In this document: one piece after another, positions 1 through 11,982 of the stretch
How positions within the stretch are numbered: position 1 is the stretch's first letter
How the letters are laid out: every line of letters begins with the position of its first letter
Assembly: GCF_009914755.1 (NCBI RefSeq)
Contig: NC_060937.1
Reading direction: 5' to 3' (one strand)
DNA length: 64,000 bases
Source of the DNA: the human T2T-CHM13v2.0 reference genome, Homo sapiens
The notes under the pieces: model-generated
What the model was told of the DNA's origin: nothing
Seen by the model: only the letters and a program-made list of their open reading frames with translations
Database searches by the model: none
Made by a program: the position numbers and the translations under genes

Positions 1-526
1 TGAGTAATGCAATGCCATTTTGTTACATAAAGTTGTTTGATGTTTTTTAATATGCCTTCATATAAATATTTTATTCAATATGTTGTATTTGTGAATTTAA
101 CAAATGATATTAAACACAAACTACAATGCAGACAGACAAACTCTTTGTATGCAAATTAGCAATACATACCAACAGTTCTTGATACACAGGTACCTACTAC
201 ATGCAGCTCATCATTGCTGTCCTCTTCCCATGCTACAGGTGAGACCAGACACAAAGTAAATGACCTAACTCAATTACAAATAACAAGGACCCCTCTGCAA
301 TATGTCTAAACATATATTAGAAGAAAGTATTTGACATCCTTCATAGGGATAAATGCCCTTATAGACACCCCATATATAAAACACAACAGAGATACACATT
401 TACATAAATCTCAGTCATTTACAAAAATAAATCTTGTCTTAATTTAAACCAATAAACAGACTTGCAGGGGAAAAAGAAACCAGCAAGTAGGGCTAATTAT
501 CAGTAACAAATAGATGGGGGTGTTTG

Positions 527-530
<4 letters not shown>

Positions 531-566
<36 letters not shown>
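531..566 (+). repeat. (GT)18 microsatellite
   Basis: Direct reading. Confidence 0.95.
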
Positions 567-576
<10 letters not shown>

Positions 577-854
577 GTTTGTGTGAAGTGAAGTGTTGCT
601 GCTGTAAGTAGTGTCCATAAGCCCATTTGACTGTATTACAAGTTAGTTAATTACTCATATAGTTGGCCACATATTATGGGATCTATGTTTTCTGAAAATA
701 ATTGGTTAATGGAAGTTATCTAATATATTTTAACTGTTCCTGTTAAAAACAATAGGCTTCAAGATGACATAACACCAAATCAAAAATGACCAAAGGAATC
801 ATTTTGTTTGTTAGATTTGTAATTTAGCATCATTGGCAATAAATCTACTCAAAC

Positions 855-2836
855 GTTCTGCTAACTTTTTATTTATTCAAGTAGAATCCAATATGAAAAT
901 GAAATAAGCATAAACAAACAGTTAAATTTCTACTAAACCTTTAATCAGCTAAGCAGGCCAGAATTTTTTAATGCTGGGCAAGGGCTGTCATGAAGAAGAT
1001 TTATGAAAGCAGTGACAAAATAATTTCCCAATAAATACAGTGCAGATGGGGAAAATGATGACTGGGTCATCCTCCCACATAGAAAGAATAACAAGAGGCC
1101 AGTACATTGATCCCACATATAATTTTCAATAAATGAGGTTCAGTTTGGTCTCAATGAACTCTTCTGAGAAGAAAACATTGAATTTTATTAGGTGTACACA
1201 GAGTTAACAAATATATTCCCAAACAGTTTAGTATGAAACATTTTGAACCCCTTTAGATCCAATATTGAACATTTTGCATGGAATCTTCATTGTGTAGTCA
1301 ACTGTTCCTGGCCTTTCTTGGTAGTTGTCTTCCCTAAGCTCAAACAAACAGTGTTAAACTAAAAAGGAAATTAAGAATGCAAAATAAAAGAAAATAAATG
1401 GAATGGACCAAAATCCTCATGGATGAATGTGTTGGTTTGCCTTTATTTATTTTCATCTAGGATAATTCAACAGACTGTATTCTGAGATCATGGCAAGGCA
1501 CCTCTAACCCAGCCACTGGGCAACATGAGCCCCAGATGCTGAGCTAGAGGCATGTACTGGTGAAATACACAGTACCGGACTCAGCATGCTGAGCTAAAAA
1601 AAATATTTTTCCTAATATGTCCAGTTTAAAAACTTGTCATTAAACACCAAAAATATTAAAGTCTAATTAATTTATAACTAACGTTTGCATTGCTGCTGCA
1701 GGAAAGAACACAACAGCCGTCTTGCCCATGCTCTGCTGAGTATGAGGGGAACGCAGCCAGAAACGGGGATGGCGTTAAGTTTGGTTCATTAAAAACAGGA
1801 CGGAGTATATCTGAAATGGATTTAGGTAGCGCAATTCTTGTAGGTTATAATTACTGATTTTCCTTTTTTTTTTTTTTCCAAATAATGAGAATTAATAGAT
1901 GAAAAATGAACCTTAATCAGGCCTACAAGGCCTACAGAAATCTTTGGACCCACTTTCTCAAAAACCAGTGGGTCTTGCTCGCTGGGCAAGGCAAATGTTA
2001 CCATTACCAGTAAGCTTGTGATATGTATAAAACACACACACACAAAGAAACTAGAGGGGGATGTCAAACACATATCATAGAGAGCTTCCCTGGATTGTGT
2101 TTGAGCCATTTCCCACCCAGGCAATGCCGACCTTGGGAGCACAGTATCTGCTACTGGACAGAGCGTATATGTGTGTTTAATCGATAGTGTGAGCCAGAGA
2201 CAACAATCTTTCTTAATCTTTCTTTATAGATGCAATTTGTAATAATAGGTTTAGAAGGCTTCCTGATTCCCTGATTGCTCTCCGACCTAAGCCAACTGCA
2301 ACATTTAAGATTTAGAGGAACAAAATCCCTGCAAAAGGTCACAGACAGTGGAGCGAGCAGCCCTGTAAAAATGGGAAGAAGAGAAATCCGTAATAGCACA
2401 GGTTTACAGCGTCTAACTAGAAATTACTCAATATTATTTGTGTGCTACAAAATTGAACTTAAACACATAGATTTCGCTGAAACAGGACTCAAAAAGGATT
2501 ATGGGTAGCTGTCAGCAGGCAAGGTATCGAGTGTACTTGTGAAGTATGTCATTCACATGAAGTGTCACAGTCACAGAAAAGATATTAAAAAGGCATTCCA
2601 TATCTGGTAGGGCATTCCATGGTCTGAGTTTAGCTGGTTATCCAGGTGTCTTCTTGTTGTGGGGGGTGCAACAGGTTGAGATTTATCCACTTGCAACAGA
2701 GAAGTTCGGAGACAGCAAAGAATAAGCATTAGCTTACTTCCTGCTGCTCTTCAGCCACGGAGCAGGAATGTCTGGTGAGGATAAATCACTCAACTGTGCT
2801 CAGGACGAATAAGTCACAACACCTGTGAGGATCTGG
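855..2836 (-). other. FGF14: FGF14 3'UTR (proximal ~2 kb; longer isoforms may extend past the window start)
   Basis: Repeat-free sequence directly downstream of the stop codon, with minus-strand AATAAA hexamers at 1442-1451, 1184-1189, 868-877 and 70-75. The 3' end is inferred. Confidence 0.7.
868..877 (-). terminator. Overlapping double AATAAA poly(A) signal for FGF14
   Basis: Plus-strand TTTATTTATT reads AATAAATAAA on the minus strand. Use as a cleavage signal is inferred. Confidence 0.55.
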
Positions 2837-2973
2837 CTATGTTGTCTTACTCTTGTTGACTGGTTTGCCTCCATTCATTATTGCAGACGCACTTGTGCTT
2901 TTACTTGGCGTCACCCCAGGCTTCGGGACCGTTTCCCCAACATCATGCAAAGATGGTTCTCGGTACATGGCAA
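2837..2973 (-). CDS. FGF14: FGF14 last coding exon: (V)AMYREPSLHDVGETVPKPGVTPSKSTSASAIMNGGKPVNKSKTT*
   Basis: Translation matches the FGF14 C-terminus. Acceptor ...cctttcttcccatcactag|TTGCC has AG at 2975-2974; TAG stop at 2839-2837. Phase-1 junction G|TT = Val joins in frame to the upstream exon. Confidence 0.98.
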
Positions 2974-3273
2974 CTAGTGATGGGAAGAAAGGAGGAGGAA
3001 AAGCAAACATTGCTTGGTTAGGTGTGAGAATGGTCCATCCATACCTGCATAGACCACTGCAGTTTGCCCATTTCTGTTTTCCCTGAAGTAAAGCAATTCC
3101 ATTGAGACAGAATTCCTGTTGTAAAGCAATCATTTCCAGCCCACAGAGGACATTACTCCCTTCACATTCTCTGGTCTGTATACCTAAAATATGTATATGA
3201 GTGTGCATGGATTTTTGTCTAGGACAGCAGGTTTAAATGGGAGCTATGGCCTCTTTGTGGGTCCATGATGTAA

Positions 3274-3296
3274 AACACACACACACACACACACAC
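3274..3296 (+). repeat. (AC)n microsatellite
   Basis: Direct reading. Confidence 0.9.
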
Positions 3297-4216
3297 TATA
3301 GGAGAATGACAGGCATTTAACTTAATTCTCAAAAAAAGAAAACTCAGACATCCCTTCCACTGCACATTAATATCAACACATGAACTTCTCATTCACTTCA
3401 ATCAATCTTTGTGAGCTGCGGTATTTACATCCTAGAACATTAAATTACTTTCTTTCATGTGGTTCAAAAGCAACATAGTCATACTAGTGTCAACTTCAAA
3501 GCTACACAAAATAACAACAAATAACTCTCTTCCCATAAGCCAGAGCCTTCAGGAGATTATCATTTCAATGTTCATTTCCTACAATCATGGAAAAAGACCC
3601 TTGGGCAGCAGAAGGCAACTCATTTTCTGCTATGTTATTAAAAATCTAATAATTGACATGATACAGGGGCAGAAAACAGAATGGCAAGACAGCAACTGAA
3701 ACTACCTGAATAAACTCTGAGGATTTATCTAAATAGTGTCTGGTGGCATAATCATAGTAGTTCACGTGGCTTTTTAGAAAATGATTTCTGGAAGTCCTGA
3801 GAAAGGACATATAAGAGTGACTGATGGTTGGGGAAAACTAGGGATTAAAGTCATCTGCCATCAGAAATACAAGTGCATTAGAGCTGCCCAAACTGCTTTT
3901 TAGGTTTTTGAAAGTTTAAGGTATTTTACGAAGAGCCCTTAGATTTAGTTAAGATGAACTACCATATGCATTCCCTATGTTCAAGGGGGTAGAATGTGGC
4001 CTTTAGTATCAATGCATCACGTGAGTTTTCATCAGCACACATACTTGAAAGTGCAAATGTACATAAGGTTTCTATTAAATTACTTGCTAAGGTAGCAAAA
4101 GGAACTAATGCGTATCCTGAAAGCACATTCCAATCCCTCACTCCTATTACTAATTAAATTAGCAGACAAAAGCATGAAGCATTGACCTTGATTTTCTATG
4201 TAGTGAAGTTGTATCG

Positions 4217-4605
4217 TCCAACAATGATAGACTGGATTAAGCAAATGTGGCACATATACACCATGGAATACTATGCAGCCATAAAAAATGATGAGTTCAT
4301 GGACATGGATGAAGCTGGAAACCATCATTCTCAGCAAACTATCTCAAGGACAAAAAACCAAACACCACATGTTCTCACTCATAGGTGGGAACTGAACAAT
4401 GAGAACACTTGGACACAGGAAGGGGAACATCACACACAGGGGCCTGTTGTGGGGTGGGGGGATGGGGGAGGGATAGCATTAGGAGATATACCTAATGTAA
4501 ATGACAAGTTACTGGGTGCAGCACACCAACATGGCACATGTATACATATGTCACAAACCTGCACGTTGTGCACATGTACCCTAGAACTTAAAGTATAATA
4601 ATAAA

Positions 4606-4632
<27 letters not shown>
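4217..4632 (+). mobile_element. L1PA (about L1PA4-6) 3' end, 5'-truncated, with (TA)n tail
   Basis: ORF2 end (WIKQMWHIYTMEYYAAIKNDEF), G-rich 3'UTR tract and terminal ...ctagaacttaaagtataataa. Confidence 0.92.
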
Positions 4633-4637
<5 letters not shown>

Positions 4638-5968
4638 AAGATATGAATGCCCTAGAGTACCAATAATTAACCAGGTACTTAATTTGTCCTAACATTTCCA
4701 ATAACATTATTTATATTCGGTATGGGTTTTGAAAGTTTGAAATTAATTTCCCTCTATCAAGTAAACAATGTGATAATCTCTGTCGTTATAGTACCTACCC
4801 CCTTAACTGTTTTTAGAGTACTTCTGCTAATTTTTTGAAAACATAAAAAGTATTATTTCTCTCTTTCTCATATATATATATGTATATATACACACAAAAC
4901 ACTCATATACACATAACAAATACATGAGTGAAATACCAAGTATCATTCTATACCACATCATTGTTGTCTCAGATATTTTCTATGAGATATGCAAAATAAC
5001 TGGTTCCCAAATTTTACCTCGGTTAAATGACATAACAGCCCTTTTGGGTTTTGTTACATTTATGCAGCTAAAGGGTAAGGTTCTAAAAATCTAGTCAATT
5101 CTTAACTATTTACAAAACATAAAATGAGTGAAAAGAGATAAAGCACGGTGGCAAATAAACAATGGTCTTATTAGAGCTTCTGTGGGCTTATTTTTTAATT
5201 TTTTATTTGCATTTAAATATAGGTGAGTCCAATGTTATCAAAATTTATTTAAAACAATGAAAGTGTATCATGGATGTGTTTTTTTTGGGAGGAACAGGGA
5301 AATCCTCTAACTTCTTTCTACTCTAATCATCCTTATGATCCACCATATACTGAGAATAATTCACTCATATTTCAGACTCTGGAATAATCTGTCTTTTCCT
5401 GTATAGGCCCTGGTAGCTAACTGTTTGGGTTTCAATAAATTGTTCTACAGAAAAATATAATTAAGAGTGACACTAAGTCAACATCATTGAAATTACAGAA
5501 GTAGTATTAGCCAACAAGAGCGATTTTCTGAATTTAGGCAAATTGAAAATTATACACTCACAGATGATGAAGAATTGACTGTTCAAATTTTTAAATTATT
5601 TTATTTCAATATAGAGAATATGCATTATGAAAACAATATGCATTTTCTCGTGATGGCTAAGCCTTTCCTGTAGGAATAAAACACAAAAAGAAAATTGAGC
5701 TGTCCAAGCTAGCTTAAAATATTTACTGAGTTATTGTAGATCTGATCTTCTGCAAAAGAGTAAACAAAAGAACTTGAATAGAAACACATGTGAATATCCT
5801 AAAATCAAATATTTTTGTAATTCTCAAATGTTACATAGATAAAAGTAAATGACACTTTTGGCAGAATCATTAATGAGAGAGGTGCAGATGTTGTTGATTA
5901 ATTAAAAAAACTTTGTAGCCTGCTCTTTGGGTATCTGATTGGAGTAAATGTGAAATTTCCATTCATCC

Positions 5969-6004
5969 GGCATGGATGACTGGATATACCCCTTCCTGCA
6001 CACA
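5969..6004 (+). repeat. 36-bp direct repeat, copy 1
   Basis: ggcatggatgactggatataccccttcctgcacaca; 33/36 identical to 6916-6951. Confidence 0.9.
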
Positions 6005-6612
6005 AATGAATGTGGATAAATTATTTTAGTAAAAGAAGTAATGCTACAAATGTATACAGTGAAGAATTACACAATTTGAAAGCAGATGTGTAATATCAGC
6101 AAGTTCTTTAAGAGTCAAGCTATTATCTCTTAATTTTCTGTAATTATAATAATCCACAAGTAGGTAATTACTTTCACCTAGATAATATCAAAATGGAAAA
6201 TACTTTTGATTCCACGCTCAAAACTTATTTTTTCTAATATACTTATTATCTTTTTCTAATATACTTATCATCGCAGATTTGTATCATTACAGATTTAAAA
6301 TTGTTTTAACTTAATTAATTTAAATTATCTAAGGGTTAGAGTGGTTGTAGCAGTGAGGATTTGAGCCTTTGGAGGTGGCAGAGAAGAAATTTTTCCTGGT
6401 ACACATACATACACAAATATAGTAAAGTGTATAAGGGGCACAAATTCTAAATCAATAACTTAAGTAGGCACCTGTGCAACCATCACCTAGATCAAAATAA
6501 ATGACATTTCCAGCACTTTGTGAAGGTTTCTTAGAGCCATGGTAGACCTATCAATTTGAAAAATAAAATATGTAATAAGTCTATGTAATAATAATGCATG
6601 CATAATACTCAC

Positions 6613-6811
6613 CTTCCAATGGCTTGGGTAGAAAATGAGCTGCTGGTTTGGTTTTCTTTACTCTGTTCCCTTTCATAGCTTGCCCTTCCTTATTTAATCC
6701 CAAAAACCAGGCTCTACCAGATTCCTGTTGTCTGTACAACATGGATGAGTAGATTACATAATAATTTTCAAAAACAGATTCTTTAAACTTGCATTCAGGG
6801 GTAAAAAGTTC
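6613..6811 (-). CDS. FGF14: FGF14 penultimate coding exon (199 nt): [66 protein letters not shown]
   Basis: FGF-homologous-factor beta-trefoil C-terminal half. Acceptor ttttctctccacag|GAA and donor GAAG|gtgagt are canonical. The TTT codon at 6785-6787 corresponds to Phe145 (site of the known SCA27 F145S variant) and is wild type here. Confidence 0.98.
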
Positions 6812-6915
6812 CTGTGGAGAGAAAATGAAACAAAAGTTAGAGGAAGGAACTTGATCTTCACTGTACATTCTACTCATTCTCTAGAAAGTTTCCCAGCATG
6901 GTGAAAGAGTGCTTT

Positions 6916-6951
6916 GGCATGGAGGACCGGATATACCCCTTCCTGCGCACA
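6916..6951 (+). repeat. 36-bp direct repeat, copy 2
   Basis: ggcatggaggaccggatataccccttcctgcgcaca; 33/36 identical to 5969-6004. Confidence 0.9.
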
Positions 6952-9484
6952 GTAATTGTCTATACATTTTTAAAATATACAATAAATTGAGAAGAACCTA
7001 CTATTATTGAAAATATATAGAAGCAAAAGTATATCATAAGAAAACAATACATGAGCAAACTAAAGATTTAACTTAAACAGAAGACAATTCAACCAGAGTA
7101 TAATCAGAAAGGGAGCATTAAAGTAGCATCAGATATTCACAATAAAGTGAACCAAATAAAATACACATTTCAGATATTTTATAATCCATTTTACATGTTT
7201 CCATAGGAACAGTGATATAATACTCTACAGTTGCCAGTTGCTCCTTGGATCACTGAAATCACAGGGTGATACATTTTACTTACAAAGGAACAAACTGAAA
7301 CCTCAAACTAAAACTTAGACAATCAGCTGGCTTACTTGCCAGCCACTAGAGCTATTGTATAACCAGATGAGGTTAGGTGTCATGTTAGCTGGTCATAGTG
7401 ACAGTAGCTGAAAATAATTCAATGGGGCTCCAAAGGTTTGAGTCCCGTTGGAACTCTTGAAGATAAACATCAAAAGCTGCTCCAACTGAAAAACCACACA
7501 GCATTTTTGGAAAGCATACAGTTTGTTAAATACTATTATGCTCAATGCCATGGTCTGCATTAATTGATGAGCAGCACAAAGCTTACTACTTTACAATTAT
7601 TATTAATGTCAGAAATATTCACAGATGATTTTTATATACTTCTTACTTTGGGATGAATAATAATGAATATAATCCCATGCCAAATAAATAAAAAATTAAT
7701 AAGGGTACAATCTACATATGCATTTTTGATAGCCCTCTATTAAAAATAAATTTGAAGTTCAACCTGTCTGGTTATAGACCATGAAAGACACCTAGCTAGT
7801 TTTAAATAGGTCCAACACTGTGCTATTCTATATGTATATAAAATATAGATGGAAAATAGATCCTTACTGTCCTTGATCTTTTTGAAAATACCACTGGACT
7901 AAAAAATATACACAAAGTTTTCATTTTTCTTTAATAGATTTTATTATTGCAGAAAATAATAATTTTTGGTTTTCTTCTAAAAATGTTGTATACCTGTTCT
8001 GAAAAATATTCCTTAGGGGCTAAAAACTAAAACATTAAGGGCTTGACTTTATGCTAACTGTAATTAGGAATGTGACCTAATGTCATGTAGAAATTTCCTT
8101 TCAATATTCCCCATAAAAGTGTGAATTATCAAATGCTGTCTCATGCAGGAGACAATTTATTCAGTGTGCTGAATAACTTTCATTCACTGAGAGCTAATAG
8201 TTTTCCAAGGGGAACAGCCTTTGTTAGTGGCAGATGCTTTTCAAGACAAAGATGACAGTTACAGTGATCAATTTGATGAAATCACAATAGCCAAATGACA
8301 GGTTTAGCCCCCTCCTGGAGCAACTTATGTAGATCTTTATTTCTTCTTGATGATGCTACCTCAGATTAGAATAAGATCCCATCCAAATAAATGTTCTGGC
8401 TTTCTACTGAGTTCTGCATCTCCATATATCCTCCAATTAGTTTTCTCACTAATAAATGAGAGTCCACTGAGTCAATGTCCAGGCCATGCGCCCGAAAAAA
8501 AAGATTGATAAAACAGTACATGTTCATGCATTTATTGTGAGTAAAACAAAATGGAATGCTATAAATCTGGCTTCTCCCCAAGAGACTAATAAATATATTG
8601 GTTGAAACTATACTTTCTCAAACAAAAGGATTAGACTTTGGCATTTCACTTGTCTTTATCACTGAGACAGGGCAGGGCACCTAAGCATATTGCTTACCAG
8701 TTAAAAACCTATCTCAAAATCAGCTATGAGTGACATGCTGAGAGCTGACTTAGTGGGTCACTTAGTGGAAGTCAGGGGAATCTGGCTCTGCCTCCTGGGC
8801 TTCGGGTGTCTCTGCCCAGAACCTGGCTCACTGATGCTCATCCTGTTGCTACAAACACCAGAAACGTAGGTCCACAGGATTCTCTTCTGATCGTCACTGC
8901 CATAATGTCCAAAACATGAATGGTGCTTGCAACACCATCAGCAACTTAGGGAGGTATTGTCTCCATTATGAATTCACTGTGTTGAATATGGAAGAGAAGA
9001 AGATGCTTGATGTAGAGGAAGTAATTTATTCTCGGTGGATACCTTAAGGATTCTGACACTATATCTTTTCAGATGAAATGTTCACATCATAGGACTCCAA
9101 AGAAGTCAATTCCACAGCACCTTTCTGTGAGCTGTGCCCGTGACTTCACAGATAGGTGATTCTTTCTGTAGAACTATTGCCTTCAGTTGCTTGTGATAGT
9201 GGAGACTGGTATATTTTCAGCCTTCTTATTTGTGGCTAAATAATTAATGCACACACAAATGCACATGTTACATTCAAAGATGTTATTGTCTAATACATTT
9301 TCTCAAAACTTTTTGAGAACTTAATCTGTTCCTCCAATATTGAAGTCTCAAATAATCCCAGCATTTCCTATAGAACCGATAGAACCAATGGAAGTTGAGG
9401 TTAGTTGCTATTTGATGTCATAAGTGATATACTTTCAACACGTAAATGGGAAGCAATGGAGCAGATAAACATCACCTGTGGAGG

Positions 9485-9680
9485 CAGACAGTAGGATTCA
9501 ACCCTGACCCCACTAGCTGTGTGTTCTTGGGGAAATTACTCAATCTCTCTGGGCTTCAGTTTCCTCATCTCTAAAATGAGGACAAAAATCATAGGGCAAT
9601 AAGGTAGTTGGGATGATTGAGTGAATAAATACGTATTACACATTTAGAAGAGAACTTGGTATACAGTGAGCACTCAATAA
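9485..9680 (+). mobile_element. MIR SINE
   Basis: Core ctctctgggcttcagtttcctcatctctaaaatgagga and 3' end gcactcaataa. Confidence 0.8.
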
Positions 9681-11759
9681 TTATTCTTTAAAAGTTTCTC
9701 ATTATTTGTAGTAAAAAATATATCCTGATCAGTTATTTCAATTCTGTGAAAATCTCACCAAATCAAAAGTCAGCTACATAATTAGTCAATGAAAACCATT
9801 TTACACAAAATATTGGGTTCAGCATGAAATATACCAAGATAAATAATAGTCATTCATTTCACTGAAAAATGACAGAACAATATAATATTTGTTATGAGTG
9901 ACTTACCTATAAAATACTAGAGTGATTATAGGGAGAATAAATGGTATTGTGAAAGGCAAGAGGTGGGAAATGGCCTGGTACATTTGGAGAACTGTAAATA
10001 GTTCATCACTGAGATACAAGCTTTGTGGGACAGAAGTGGAGAATGTTGTAGATGGGAAGATAGGTTTGAGAAACATAATAAAGGGTCTTGAAAACTCTAA
10101 TAAACAAATTAGATGTCTTATAAGTGAGAGGAAGACATGTTGAATTCCTGAATATGCAAGGGAATAATAATAGGGCCTGATTCGTATGTTATAAATACAA
10201 ATCTGTTGTCAGTGTGGAGGATGGTTTCGAAAAGTTAAGAACATGTCGTACTGATGTTTTCAACCCTAATCTCTCACAAAATGAACCTGAAAGTTGTTTG
10301 TAGCACATGAGTATATGTGTGTTCACGTTAATAGTTAGTATTAATATTACAAATAGAGAACCAGAACACACAAAGTAAGGGGAGAAATAATATCAGGATT
10401 ATGACACACTGACTTCTGAACTTTCTGGTAGCCAGGACAAAAAGAGAAAGACTATAATGTTACAAAAATTATTCAAGAAAGAAAATATTTTCCTTTTTGA
10501 AAATGAAAAGTTTCTTGGCATGAATTTTTAAAAGGTATTTCCTTATAAGGGACCTAAAAAACTGACATTGACCAACATAAACAAAAATGCTCTTGAGAGT
10601 AATTGCACAGTCATACTTTGTGCTTCAATCCTGCAGTATGCTTTAGGAAAACAGATTGCATTGAAAATGTCCAATAGGTAGAACTACTTAAAGTCCAGTA
10701 GGTGGAAATAATTGTAATTGATGAGATCTCCAGGGATAATGTGCACAGCACGGGCCACAAACTCAAATGCCTCTAATGACCAGGTAGATACAGGAGTGAG
10801 GAAAGCTGGCATGATCATGGCACCGTAATGAGGATAAATGGCCTCTGACTCAGGCTCTGTGGTGAGGAGATGAAGACAGTGGTAGAAGCAATGATTTTTT
10901 TAAAAAAGCAGCCGTCCCTCACATGGTTCTCCTGTGAAAATAAAAACCTTAGATCTTTAGAAGATCTGATTTTTCAAAGGAAGTAAGAAATGTAAGTTTC
11001 TACAGATAATCTCCTTTTAACATTGGCAACTATTTCTTAGTTTTTGTTTTTCAACCTTGAGTGGGTCAAGGGGCCACAGGGAAGCCTGTGAGCCTTCAGT
11101 ATGAGACCTCCAATGTACAGCAGCAAGAACCAAAGAAAGAGGAGCCCTACTTTGCTTCTCAAGGCAGTCCTAGTCTAATTGATAGTTGCTATACAGTTGG
11201 ATAATACAATTATTGTGCCAGTGAAACACTCTCTAAAACTGGCAGTGATAATATGAAAATGCTTATTTAAATTTAGGCTTAAATATAAACTCTTTGAATC
11301 TGCCAAAACGAGATCGATAAGGAGTTTGATGTATCTGTTTCTCACCTTGCCTCCTTGACTATGTTTAGAACCATCACCCCCACCACAACAAAATCAACAA
11401 CAGATGAGTTCCAGCAGAAGCTTGAATATTAATTTGCACCACTGCCAAACTAAATCATCAAGTCATAGGATAGAAAAATGCAATAATTAAACAGAAATGT
11501 TATATCTTTTTTATGTTGTGGTTGTTTTTGAAATGAAAGCACCATCTGTGGTGTACTTATTATCTTAACAGTAGCAGCAGAATTCCTCTTCTGAGGGAAA
11601 TGCCTTTGTTTAGGAAAATACCGTGATGGGCCATTTGCTTGTACAAAGAGAGACTTCTGGTTGGAAGGAGCTCTCCTTCCATAACTCATCAGGAATGAAT
11701 AACTCAGATAATCTGGCAAAACCATAACCTCAGAATTGAAAGTGACCTTGAGAATCTAA

Positions 11760-11982
11760 TCCAGTGGTCCAGCAAACTGACTCTCAGGCCAAACACAATT
11801 TTCACCTGTTTTTGTAAATAAGGTTTCATTGGAAAACAGGCACTTTCCTTTGTTTATATATTGTCTGTGTCTGCATTTACACTACAAATTTCAGAGCTGC
11901 GTGGTCGAGAAAGATCTTTATGGCTCACAAAACCTAAAATGTTTACTATATGGTCCTTTGCCAAAAGTTTGCCAATCCTGAT
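11760..11982 (+). mobile_element. MER58A-like hAT-Charlie MITE
   Basis: cacctgtttttgtaaataaggtttcattggaa...cctaaaatgtttactatatggtcc...aaagtttgccaatcctg. Confidence 0.75.

Larger units (their letters stand above)
2974..6612 (-). other. FGF14: FGF14 last intron (3639 nt, GT-AG, phase 1)
   Basis: Canonical donor at 6612-6611 and acceptor at 2975-2974 give a continuous reading frame. Confidence 0.95.

Noticed and set aside
2853-3086. 77-aa plus-strand ORF antisense to the last exon
   Set aside because: Shadow ORF of the coding exon, non-ATG start, no recognisable homology.
2974-3208. N-terminal extension of the 123-aa ORF (and 6812-6877 and 6581-6612 of the 98-aa ORF)
   Set aside because: Intronic read-through beyond canonical splice sites.
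4182-4598. 138-aa ORF
   Set aside because: Derived from the L1 ORF2 end and 3'UTR.
6229-6272. 22-bp tandem duplication (similar small ones at about 32796-32850 and 58693-58712)
   Set aside because: Ordinary slippage duplications; no repeat-spacer periodicity, so not CRISPR-like.
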